From contig CM102288.1 in assembly GCA_046563655.1 (NCBI GenBank), forward strand, positions 3,286,001 to 3,350,000: DNA of 64,000 nucleotides. Direction: 5' to 3'. Origin of the DNA: Yuukianura sp. NJ FZ-2021 (taxonomy: Eukaryota). Below are positions 11,494 to 23,656 of the stretch, piece by piece. The translations under genes were made by a program, and so were the position numbers. The notes under the pieces are model-generated. The model searched no databases. It was not told the origin of the DNA and saw only the letters and a program-made list of their open reading frames with translations. Every line of letters starts with the position of its first letter. Position 1 is the first letter of the stretch.

Positions 11494-13996
11494 TTATTTC
11501 CGTCTTTGGTGACACCACCGCCATAAGCTCGATGCATCTGGATACCGTTTCTCAACGTATCGCGTAGGGAGTTGACAGGACATGAATGTTGTGTTACTCG
11601 ACAGCGGTATAAGACGTCTCAATAGCAGTGTAGCATAAAACGTTCTCAGGAACATTGGGCAGAAATCATTCAGGTACTTCATGAAATTCCTACTGGATTG
11701 GTACAGGTTCTGGACCGTCCTGTCAGGGTAAACTGATCGCCGAAGCCAATGCAGAACGAATTGCAAAACGTCTGCTAACAGCTCTGAATAGATGATCCAA
11801 AACCCCCAGATTTTCGTATTGAAGCGACTTGTAAAAATGGTCAGGCGAAGGATATCCAGAAAGTCGAAAGCGAAGCAGGGAACACACGAAGGTCGTAGTC
11901 TTTTCAAACCGATACAGAAATTGAACAATACCTTTTGAAATCATAGAAAATCAGGGATGTAATGAACTTAAGTTGGAGTAAGTTGACTATGGTTGTTACC
12001 TCATTCGTGTCGGACCTAAACACGACACTGTCCAGAACTTCGTTCAAGAAGATAGCCAGTAACTGCTTGAACGCTATTGCCATAAACTCCGGACCGCTTC
12101 GGTCGATATCGCCCAAAGCGTTGTGTATTATAAATCCAATAATCTGCTTCAAGAGTTCCAGCTTATCGAATTCTGTATCGTCTTTTTCCAGGAAGTAGAT
12201 AAAAACAGTTAGAAATCTTGCCCAAGCACTAAAGAATTCATGTCGTTCCTCTATTTGATCTGGCTTTAAATAAAAATAAGATTACCTAAACTTCAATTAA
12301 CTTAATTATGTTAATGGTAAACTAACTTTTGTGGACTTACTTGACAAAAGTGCCTATGATACATGATGACATCCATGTTGACTTCCAGGAACACCAAGAA
12401 CATTTCCCTGGACTTCAAAACTCCCGCCTGTTCCATTTCCCACAACACGTGACCAAAGTCTTCCCGCATGTCGTCAAATGGTGACGATATGTGCTTACGA
12501 TACACAGGGAGCCATATATGGTAGAAGCTTCGGATTGGACTGGAAGGTGCTGGAGAATTTTCAAAAATTGTTCAGAAAAAAAACTCCAAAAATAATAAGT
12601 GACTTTGAAAATTTTGAAGTCTGACCTTCGGCTCCTGGTGGTTCCAACGTCCAACCTGAGCCTAGCAACGCATTAATGACGACGCGTACTCGCATACTAT
12701 GTAGTGCAGGGGTGTTGTACTTGAAACCTTGACTTGTCCTGGCTATTAGTGCCTGAGATTCAGTACTAGCTTGACCTTCCTTGACCTTCTGTAGTTGCAC
12801 AAGTTGCGTTGACCCTTGTGTCCGATTAGCCCCGTACCCAGCGAGTGACGATGGGGGACCCCCTAGTATTATCGTTTTATCTTCTCTTCTTGAAGGTATA
12901 AGTTTTTCTAGAATAACTTTCGATACAGTTGTAGGCGGAATTAGTTTCAAGTTTCTGACTCTCAAGTAGGGTTGGACCAAGATGGCGGACGTTGCGCCCT
13001 TAGAATTCACGGCGTAGCCACTAGGTCTGTCCCCCCTCACGGCACAGTATCTTCTGCGTTTACGAAACGCTGCCTGAAGTTAACGAAAGGTTATTTCCAA
13101 TTATTAATTGAATTTAGCTGAAATTGGAGCAAAAACGGACACGTACGTGGGCCAGGAAGGTGAATCGTTGTGTAGACGTTTTCGGACTTCCAAATACTTT
13201 CAGCTTGTCGTACGCTCGAACTTTTGCTAAGAACTCAGTTACTCCGTGGGGGAGTGGCACTTTATTGTCCTTGGCTAACCTTTGAAGCATATGACGCTAA
13301 AACAATAATGTAATTAGTAAAGTAACTTCAAAACACTTATATTTTAATTGGAAAACTAATTACAGAAAACGTCAGCTGACTGAGACGGATTCCCTTTTTG
13401 GAGCTTTCCTGACCGTCCAGGACAAGATGATGCCTCAAAATTTTTAAGAAAAAGTCCATGGCTTTTGTGTCCTTCCTATTTCGTCGAAGACGTTGAGAAA
13501 CGTCGAGGTCAAATTGTTCAACATTTAGTAAGTTGGCTTTGAGCAGCGTGTCGACCGTGTCAAAGTCCAACAAAAACTCAGGATCCAGCTGACCATGGGT
13601 GTTGATGACATGCTTGAACGAGAAAACGTTTTTTGGTGAGTCGTCGGTCAACAGACTGTCCCCATTCGTTGCTGCACTATCGCCCGATGAAGTGTTAATC
13701 GATTGATTAGAATCGGTCGTCCATGAACAATCAGCTGACGAATTGTTCGTCCACGGAGAATCTGTCCAGTCACCTCCCGTCGATGGATTACAGTTCGGCA
13801 AGTAACCTGTTGATAAATTATCCGTCAATGATGAAATGCCCGGATATGGGCAATCGGGTGTCCATGGACCAGGAGTTGACGAAGTGCTCGTTGACGGACT
13901 ACTTGTTGATGAAACGTTCATAAACCTGGCGTAGTTCGGTGGAGTCACGGCATTTGACGTAGTAGAATGTCTCCTAAATAGCGGAGTTTTGGCCAT
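11494..13996 (-). CDS. Divergent, truncated CNOT1/Not1-derived protein (~713 aa)
   Basis: Six in-phase exons 13996-13364, 13296-13147, 13073-12626, 12549-12341, 12263-12000, 11931-11494; KLELLKQIIGFIIHNALGDIDRSGPEF, FCIGLKRLRPSCVPCFAFDFLDIL, WIIYSELLADVLQF, LYQSSRNFMKYLNDFCPMFL align by eye with remembered CNOT1 C-terminal sequence. Confidence 0.8.
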
Positions 13997-14458
13997 AGGA
14001 AACTGCAAGCGAACTTCACAGATTGTAGCCTAAAGGTCAAACAAATTTAGATTTTTATAAAACGAATAAATAAGTCGAAGAAACGTTTTTTGTTCAAACA
14101 AAATACAATCAAAACAGGTCCAACTTGCAGCGCTTCTCGACGGAGGAGAAGCCCCACCGAGGAGAGGCTGAGATCTTTGACCCGATTGACCTCTAAGTTT
14201 TAACTTCTAAATCGTCGTTATGACATTCTGAACAATTATTACGGAAATTAACTCTAATTTGATTAATTAATTGATTATTAATTTGATTAATTAACTTAAC
14301 ATTTTAATTAACACTTCCAATTTCTTCGTCAAGCGCGACCAAGGCCAAAGGTCAAGAAGAATTTTAGGTTGTGTTTTGCTTTAGTTAAGGTTAAATGTTA
14401 ATTTTATTATAATTTGTTTATAGTTTATTTAAATTATGTTAACTTTTGATTATAACGT

Positions 14459-17400
14459 TTAGTCTATTGATTCCACTTCTTCCTGAATATCCTCCTTGGG
14501 TGATTTGGTTTGACGAGTCTTTTTAGCTTGACCTTTTGACCCCGCTTGACTTTTGATGTACGTAGTTAACTCAATGTAGCCATCCAGGAATTCTTCAATG
14601 TTGAACGCATCTAGGAACTCCTGTCGCTTCTCCAGTAGTGGTGTTGGATCCTCGTTGTGTTTCAGCGTCAGTTCCAGAGCTCTGTAAACATTTTGTGACA
14701 TTTGACCTTTGACCTTTGTCTGAAACCGAGAAATTTACCTGTCCCAGTTCATTGTCTCAATGTTGAGGTCAATCGCTTCAGAAATTTTGCCAGCTTTCAT
14801 CAGCACTTCCTGACCACGCTGTACTCCGTCGACGAAGATCTCTCGCTGAGCTTTCTCGACAGTGTCACCCTGAACTTCCTGGAATGTCAAAGGTCAAATT
14901 GAAAAGTATGTAGTTAGCTAATTGTAAATGATTAATTAAAATTTAATTACACTGAGATTGCTGAGGTATTCCACTTTATCGAAATGCCCGATTTCAGTGA
15001 AACAGATTTCGGCTGTGTCCAACTCTCCACGACTCGTCGCCAATCCAGCCAAAACTCCCCACAGCGTTTGAATCTGAAAAAGTTTCAAAATTTTCTTTTC
15101 AAAAAAAAGTTACTGTTTTTTCAAAATTCTTACGTTTGCGTAGCGGCACAGTCGCCGTGCTTTGCCCCAGTTTCCAGCTGCAACAAACTGATACAGTTGC
15201 GGCACAAATAAACTTCCGGTGGTGCAGATCATTGTTCCATCAGCCTTTTTTGCCTGAATGCAACTCTCGACGTAACTAACAAGTTGTGGAAACGGTCCAG
15301 GGTCACTGAAAAACCAAAGTTAAAGGAGAGGTCACGAGGTCAAAGGTCAAAGGTCAACGACCTTACCCGATTTCCTTTTCTTCTACAGTGTGTTCCAGAA
15401 GGGTTGGATTTACCATCAGAATCTGCGGATAATAGTAAATCCGAACTTTACTTTCCCGAATAGTTGCCAACATGGGTGCATCCGTGTGCCATAAAATTGT
15501 TGCCGTCGCAGATCCAAGTCGCCGCGGCGTTTCAGTCTTGCCTTGTCGCTTGACCACGGTCAAAAACAGGTCAAGACTCTTGTCAATGAAAGCAATTTGT
15601 CGTTCCGTTGGTCCTGTCATGTCATTCTGTGCTAGGGCCACTTGAATGATTTCGGCTTGTGACCGAAGTTCTGTCAACAGGCGACCGTTGTGTGTGTCGT
15701 ACACCCGAATTAGCTTTCGTTCTGATTCGTCAATCAGAGCAACCATGTCTTCTGCCATTGTCGTCGTCCGAACGTTGAGCATCTCCGATTGCATTCCTGG
15801 CCATTTGATTTGCGTCAGCTGACGACCGTCGTAGGATCGGCTGGTGATACCACTGTGTCCACAGACGATAAAATTTCTGAAATTTCGAAACAAAAACAAA
15901 GTTTAAAATTTGACACTCAGAGGTCAAAACTTGGATGTAAAGAAGAATCCAGTGTGAGGAATTCCATAATTTTTGAATTTACCGCTTCGATTGTAGCGTC
16001 AAATAAATTGAATTTGGCTCTTTTAAGTCACAGACCACGTGAATCGGAATGTTGGCAACGCTGTAGATGTACACTTGAGTTGGAAGGACAACGATTAGGT
16101 ATCCATAATTTAACGAAATCTAAAAGTAATCGATTAATTTAATCAAAAATTTTGAAAATTTTACGCTTTTTAAATTTCTAACAGAATTTTTTGTCTTACT
16201 TGAATGACTCTGTCTTGGAATTCCAGCCGATCTTTCGTGTTTGCCTTGAATTCACAAATCGTTACGACATTTTGAGCAGTGAGTGTCGCTTCAACGTTTT
16301 TCCAAACATACGTATGACAAATCACGTTGGCCACAAACACATGACCCACCGATGTCGCTCCAGCAAATTGCGTTCCATCTGAACTCCACTCCAGTGCATA
16401 AACACTTCCGAACTTCGGTGTTTCCACACAGTGTGTCCAGCCATACTGATCGCAGAGTCTGATCATGTCACTTCCTCCGACAGCAAAGAGCGAACCAGAA
16501 GGCGACCACCCCACGGAGGTCACGGGCACTTCTAAGTTACTGCTTGTGTACAAACAACGACCGTCTGGAGCCCACAGTCTATAACGAAAATCCTCCCCAC
16601 CGGACACAATTAGATTGACTGTTGGACTCCATGCTAAGCAGAGGATAAGGCCGTCGTGACCTTTCCATTCCACTGGTCGTGACCCCGCCGAAGTTTGCCG
16701 AATGATCAGAGTCTTGTCGAGACCGTACAGCACAGAACGGCCGTCAGGTCCCCAGGTACATGCGTAGATGGCCATGTGATGCTGAGCAACAACGGAACGC
16801 AACATCCCAGCGCGTGACCAAATCCGAACGAATCCGTCTTCACCCGAAGTCAAAATTTCGGAACCGTTCGGACTCCAGGCAGCACTGATTATAGCACCTA
16901 CAAATTTTTTATAGGAGACAACTTAAAAAACCTTGGCAAACTTTTTTTGAAATGTTTGTTTTTATCATTTTGATTCTTGACCTTGGTGAGCCTGGACAGT
17001 TTTTTCAAGACGGTTGCCTTTGCCATAGAGGTAGAACGATCCATGCGTAGCCGTTATGAGCAAAAGTTCATTGACCTTTCGCCCTCCGGAGGTCACTGGT
17101 CCACCAATTCCTTGCGGAGGCCATTTCATGGACACTGGATACACGTCTTGCGCAAGCTCAATGATCGAAGAAGTCTCGTTTGTCACCAAGTCCCACCGGA
17201 TTACTTGATGGTCGTCACTGAAATTTCAAAAACATAAAAATTTCAAATTTCAAACTAAATTTTGAAGGTCGTTGACCTCACCCGCAAGAAATGACCTCAT
17301 CCACGCCATTCCAAATTACGGAAGTGGCGGGAGACGAGTGATAAGCCTCTTCTTGGTCAAACGTTATCCGAATGTCCAACATTTTTACAACTTATTCAAA

Positions 17401-17792
17401 AATCTCAAATATTTTGAAAGAACTACTTTTTGGAGTTTGAAAATTTCAACTTTGCTTTTTAAAAAACAATTTACGAAAAATTGTCATAGCAACCCAACGC
17501 CTAAATCAGCAAGGGATGAAACCGAAACGTCAACGTGAACGAACTTTGCAATTTTGGTAAAATCAATTTTGAAGGGTTTCAAAAATTTAAATGCTGAACG
17601 GCTTTTAATTTTTAAGTGAACACTTTCAATAAAAACTTTTTTTTTTGTAAAACATGTTGAAAAAGTGATTTAAAAAAAATTGGCCGGTTGTACTTACCCG
17701 GCTGAAAGTAGTTCGTCTCCGTTGGTCCAAGTAATTGCAGTGGCCACATCTTTGTGTTTCGGTGTTTCGTCCAGTCTTAGATTCAGTTTCAT
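14459..17792 (-). CDS. IFT80: Intraflagellar transport protein 80
   Basis: MKLNLRLDETPKHKD...GDDHQVIRWDLVT, TSGEDGFVRIWSRAGMLRS, WKGHDGLILCLAWS, IVSGGEDFRYRLW; WD40 repeats then helical C-terminus; GT-AG introns. Confidence 0.95.
17282..17382 (-). CDS. IFT80: Alternative (proximal) first coding exon of IFT80
   Basis: MLDIRITFDQEEAYHSSPATSVIWNGVDEVISCG followed by GTGAGG donor, phase 2; paralogous to distal exon 17792-17698 (also phase 2); both join exon 2 at 17217 in frame. Confidence 0.85.
17480..17493. promoter_or_regulatory. RFX X-box
   Basis: ATTGTCATAGCAAC, near-consensus X-box, ~100 bp upstream of the proximal IFT80 ATG; RFX control of ciliary genes is established. Confidence 0.8.
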
Positions 17793-20217
17793 TTTTCAAT
17801 ATTCAAAAAATATCAGTTTTCTGAAAAGTAGTTTCGAAATTCAAAATTTTGATGACTGGTTGAAGTGAGACTGTGCCTGTCAGTTATGTCCAGGTGAAAG
17901 GTGACTGATGGACTTTGTCCGTGAGTCACGTCCACTTTCTTCAAAATTTCCACTTGCAGAAAAACCTATAAAAGACTATCGTTTCTCCATTGAAAAAGGC
18001 ACAATAGACTCAAATCCTTGGTGATTTCATTGATCCACAAAGTGTGTGGGTTTTCCATTTCATCAATACTTTTTTAGATGACAACTTCTGAAGTATGTCA
18101 TTGCATGTTCAACTCGTCCAACAAAATATGTTTCTAAAAGTTTCTGTTTCAATTGTCTCCAAAAGTACTGGAAGGGCTGTCCAGAACCTCAAGGATCCAA
18201 TTACATCCTGTCAACTTGTCATCATCATTAAACTTCTTTTGTTTACTCAAGATGCTCCAGTGTTCAATTTCGGATTAATAATGCTCCTCAAGTTTCATGT
18301 TATACTTCAGTACATTTCTTGTTAAGTAACACATAAATCTAAGATTATGGGGGATTCGGATAAATAAAACCAAAACTATTTTTTTTATAATAATTTTAAA
18401 TAAATAAAATATTTACCTTTTTAAATTATTTTAAAATTCAAAATTCTTTTAAAAAATGATTTTTTTTCAAAGTTTCTGTAAAACGCATTAAATTGTAGTA
18501 TTTTCAGCCAATCAACGTTGACTTTTGTAAATTTGTAGATAAGGGTACCAATCTCTATCTGATGGGTACACCGATACTACTTTCGGAGTACTTCAACCAA
18601 ATTAGTTTTTTTTTCGAAAAACTTTTTTTTCAAGATTTTTTTTTTCGATTTGGATTTGAATAGGCCTAGGGTCATAAACTAGGTCTGTAATCCATATGAT
18701 TTTAATCTGAAATGGATTGGGAGAAGAAAACGAGAGAAAGAGAGGTGAATGTGCTTAGAGTATGAGTGAAAGTGTTTCTCGTTTCTGAAGAAAGTGAACC
18801 TACTTGTTAGTGGAAAGAAAAGAGTGTGTAGAGAGAGGGAGAGAATAAGGTTAGGCTAACCCAAAAACCCAACGGTTAGGCTAAACCTAACCGTTAGGCT
18901 AAACCCAGAGCAGCATGAACCACATAAGGAGTGGTGGGGGTTGATGGTGGGGCTTTTGAGGAAAAAGGCGGTGGGGCGCAAGAGCCCAGAAGCCTAAGTT
19001 TCACGAAGGAATTTGAGAGCCTCCTTCCCACTTTCACCTGCAGTCCAAATCGATTCCTATAGGCACAGAGGCAGGGACGGAACTTCACTTTCACTAACCT
19101 AACCAAACAACTATAGTCTTTAAAAAAAAAGTTTTTTGAAAAAAAGAAAGTTGTAACGGAGTGAGTTGGAGGTTGTTAATTGCCCGACTAATCGAAGAGT
19201 TTGGGAAACACAGTGTGTGTAATTGGAAAACCTAAGGTAAAGTTAACCTAATCCAAGTTAGGTTCCAGTTGACACTCACGAAATTATTGGAAAGTGGAGC
19301 ACTTTGACTTTGTCTGATTTGACTTTTCTCAATATTTACTCTAGACAGACAGAACCAATTATTTCTAAAGACTAAAAAGTGAAAAGTCTATAAATTGAAT
19401 AACCTATTAATTATAGTTTTCGAAAAGTGAATCACATTATAAACTTTACGAACAAAAGGAACACACCTCTCTGTCTCCTGTATCGAATGGAACTCAATTA
19501 CTAAAGAAAGGTGAGATCAATAAGTTAAAGTAGTTGCTAAAATTTTGAAAAAAAAAGTTCAAAAAAAAAAATCTGAAAATTTTTCAAAAATCTAAAATTT
19601 TCTGTTCTGATAACGTTTACGCCACACAATGAAAATACAATGCGTTAGAACTAAAATTTTTTCAAATTTCTTTCATTTGTTTTTACAACTGGCGTAAAGT
19701 CATGCTTCAAACTTTCAAAACACTTTTTCAATTTCTTTCTGAAATTTTGAAAAAATGGCGTTACGTGACCTGATTATGGTTTGTTTTCAGTTTTAGTACT
19801 TTTTAGTCTCTAAACAAAACGTCTAACAAATCCTATAGTCCTTTGTACTAGTCTTTGCCAAAATGTCTGCTTATGTTTACCTCTCCCGCCTGTTCCTTAC
19901 CTGCCTTTGAACTTTTTTTTTCTCGAAATTTTGATGATCTGTGAATCTTTTTTGGTGGTGAGACGAAGATGAATTGGTTTTTTCAGATTTTTTAGTTTTT
20001 TTTTGTGAAGAATAAACAAACTGGTGCTATTCTTAAGGTCGTTTTCTCAATTTAGATTTTTACGAGGACTCGCGGATCTGTTGAGGTTTCCTTCCAGCCT
20101 CCTTTGGCTCCCTTCCAGCCAAACACGGTTCATATGGCGCTGTGAGCTCAAGCGACGTAGTCGTGGTCACTTTGTGTCGTTGCAGTTCCTGACTCCGCCT
20201 CCTGCGTCTGCGTCAAA

Positions 20218-23200
20218 ATGCTCAACGTCAATACGAACATGGACGCCGAGAATCGGGTCGTTCTCAACGTCGGTGGCATTCGGCATGAAACGTACAAGGC
20301 AACGCTCAAGAAAATCCCAGCGACGCGCCTCTCCCGTCTAACGGAAGCCCTCGCGAACTACGACCCCATCCTCAACGAATACTTCTTCGACAGACATCCG
20401 GGCGTTTTTGCTCAGGTTTTTCAAAATTTTGAAAAAAAAAACAAAGTTTTTCCAAAATTTTACAATTTTCGTTTTCTAGGTGCTCAATTACTACCGGACG
20501 GGCAAACTCCATTACCCAACTGACGTTTGTGGGCCACTCTTTGAAGAGGAACTGGAATTTTGGGGACTAGATTCAAATCAAGTGGAACCTTGCTGCTGGA
20601 TGACCTACACGCAGGTAAGGTCAAAGGTCAAATTTAGGGTCAAAGGTCAAATGCTAAAATGTTGACCCTGATGCTTACTTTGTTGTTGTTGTTTTTTGAA
20701 GCATCGAGAGACCCAGGAGACGTTGACCGTTCTGGATCGACTTGACCTTGACACGGAGAAGCCCACTGATGAAGAACTAGCGCGAAAGTTTGGATTTGAA
20801 GATGACTATGTTTCTGGTAACTTATCCTGGTGGCAGAAGATGAAACCCCAAATTTGGTCACTTTTTGACGAGCCTTATTCATCTTCTTCGGCCAAAGTAA
20901 GTTATCCGCCATTTTCAAAAATCATTTTCGAAAATCCTGCTTCCCGAAACCTTTGAAAGTTGCGTGGTAGTCATAGTCTCATAAGATTTTAGTAAAAGGC
21001 CTCGACTTTTTTGACGAAAAATTTTATTTAAAAAATTGATTTTTTTTCGCGAAATTATGATTACAGGTAATAGGTGTGATGAGTGTATTCTTTATTGGTA
21101 TTTCAATCCTGTCATTTTGCCTCAAAACCCATCCGGACATGAGAGTTCCTCAAATCAGGTCAGAGCAAATTTGAAGATTGCTTTTTTCATAAACTTTTTA
21201 TACTTTGTTTTTGTCTGAAATGGTGAACTTTTTTTTGAAATTTCTATTTTTTAGAAATATCACAGTGAACACTTCCCGGAACACGACGAGTTGGACACTG
21301 GACAAGTCGGGGACAAATGCCCACGAGGCCTTCTTCTACATTGAGTGCGTGTGCAATGCTTGGTTTACTTTTGAGATTCTCGTGCGCTTCATCTCTGCCC
21401 CCTCCAAGTGCGCCTTCATTCGAGCCTCCGTCAACATCATCGACTATGTCGCCACTCTCTCGTTCTACGTTGACCTCATCCTCCAGAAGTACGCAGCACA
21501 TGTAGAGAATGCTGACATACTCGAGTTCTTCTCCATCATCCGCATCATGCGGCTCTTCAAACTCACCAGGCACTCCTCGGGGCTCAAGATACTCATTCAG
21601 GTCAGCAGGTCACCCTGTCCGCTGCCTGGAGGAAGGTGTCTTAATTGTAAAATTTTGAATTTTCGCAGACTTTTAGAGCCTCCGCGAAGGAACTGACCCT
21701 GCTCGTCTTCTTCCTGGCACTCGGAATCGTCGTGTTCGCGAGTTTAGTGTACTACGCAGAGCGGATTCAAGCTAATCCGAAGAACGACTTCAACAGCATT
21801 CCTCTGGGGCTGTGGTGGGCACTGGTCACCATGACGACAGTGGGTTACGGTGATATGACACCCAAGACATACATGGGCATGTTCGTAGGGGCACTGTGTG
21901 CCCTTGGCGGTGTCCTTACCATTGCACTTCCAGTACCCGTCATCGTCTCCAACTTCACCATGTACTACTCACACACGCAGGTCAGCACGGTCGCTGGAAA
22001 TTTCAAAGTTACTTTCAAAATTTCTAAAGTTTTGATTTTGACCTTTGACCTTTGACGTTTTAGGCTCGTGCTAAACTTCCAAAGAAGCGCAGACGCGTGA
22101 TACCCGTAGAGACGCTGCGACCACCGCCGGGACCACGGTCCGGTCCAGGACAGCTCGGAGCTAACCAAGGACCGGGCGGCAGTGGCAGCACACAGCCACG
22201 ACGCATGAACGCACTCAAACAAAATAACCCTGCAAAAGACCTTCTCTCTACACCAAAAATGGGTAAGGTCAAAGGTCAAACTTTCTTTTTTTCAAAATAA
22301 AAAAAAGAAAAAAGTTTTTTTTTTCAACAATTTGTGACGCTAAATTGAATAATACTGTTGAATTTTCCAAAATTTTCCAAATTGAATCAACTATGGAACT
22401 ACTATTGCATACCAAAGAAAACTTAAGAAAACACATAAAATATGGACAGAGTTCAACTTAACATTACATTGCAAACTTTCAACAAAAACTTACGCATCTT
22501 TTACAAATGCTTTGCAAAATTTTTGGCAGAAAGATTTTGCAAATAAATAATTTTGCACGTAGAGATGCACACGGTTATGGTAGTGAAGTGAGATTTATTT
22601 AGTTGAACTGTTGCATCATTTACTAATCAAAAGCGTTTTTCAAAAAATCTAACCACAAATTTCAAAAAATTAAAAAAGAAACACCTAAAAATTGCGCTAA
22701 TGGCACTAATTTGCACTTTTAACTAACACAACTAACCTTAATTGTTAATTACTTTTGATTTGTGTCCTTTATTGCTAGCAATGAAAAAGGCTTGGAATCG
22801 TGCTCAAGATCGACAAACGGGGCAAAACAACGCCTGAGACTTATTGCAAAAAATTTCATTTGCAAAAATTCCTACTAATCAACATAACCTTACTACTCTA
22901 GTCCCTTAACTAACGTAACCTAACCTACTTTTTCACAAAAACTAACCTAATTTCAATTACAACTAAAGTCTCCAGTTTCAAATTTCAAAAAAAATGTGCA
23001 AAATTTGTTCAAAACACTTCTTCAACTAAAAAGGTGCTGGCTGCTTAAAATTCCTAAAAGCAAAATAACACTGGCAAGGTACACTTTGACCTGAAGTTGA
23101 CCTCTCAATGTTTTTAATTGTTAATTTAATTAATTAGTTTAACTTTAGTTTAATTGTATAGCCAGTGTCAATTTTGTCCCGCTTTTCTAATGTTCAGCTT

Positions 23201-23656
23201 TTCGAGAAATTGATCATGCAGCAAACCAAACTGCATATGAGCAATTTTACCTAAAATTACCGACAAAATCGACCTTTGCATGGCGTTTAGCCACATTTTC
23301 AAAAAAAAAAATCAAACATTGCGAAAACCAAAATGCCGAAAAATTTGCACGAGAAAGTTGCCTTTGTGTGTGCATGGGCTGCTGGAATGTTTTGCACAAA
23401 GTTTAAGTTTCTAATCTACCAAAAATGTCAACAATTACTAAAAACTTGATTTTTTCTTCTGGTGTATCTCATGCTTTGTTGTTTGTGTTACTATTTCAGC
23501 AAAGTGTTGTCTAAAAACGGCACTAAAATTTGAAAATTCTGAAAAATGTTGACCTTTGACCTTCATTTTTTAATTTTTTGCATAGTTGGAATGGGTCTAC
23601 CAAATCCACTAAACGGAATGGAGCGTGGTGCTGATCGGTCAATAATGATCTCCTGA
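20218..23656 (+). CDS. Shaw: Voltage-gated K+ channel, Shaw/Kv3 family
   Basis: T1 domain [31 protein letters not shown]4 [11 protein letters not shown], pore [18 protein letters not shown]; exons about 20218-20415, 20480-20614, 20702-20896, 21067-21158, 21254-21600, 21669-21980, 22064-22262, 23586-23656 (last exon less certain). Confidence 0.95.

Noticed and set aside
18848..18906. TTAGG(C) telomere-like motifs
   Set aside because: Three interrupted copies with mixed orientation; not a telomeric array
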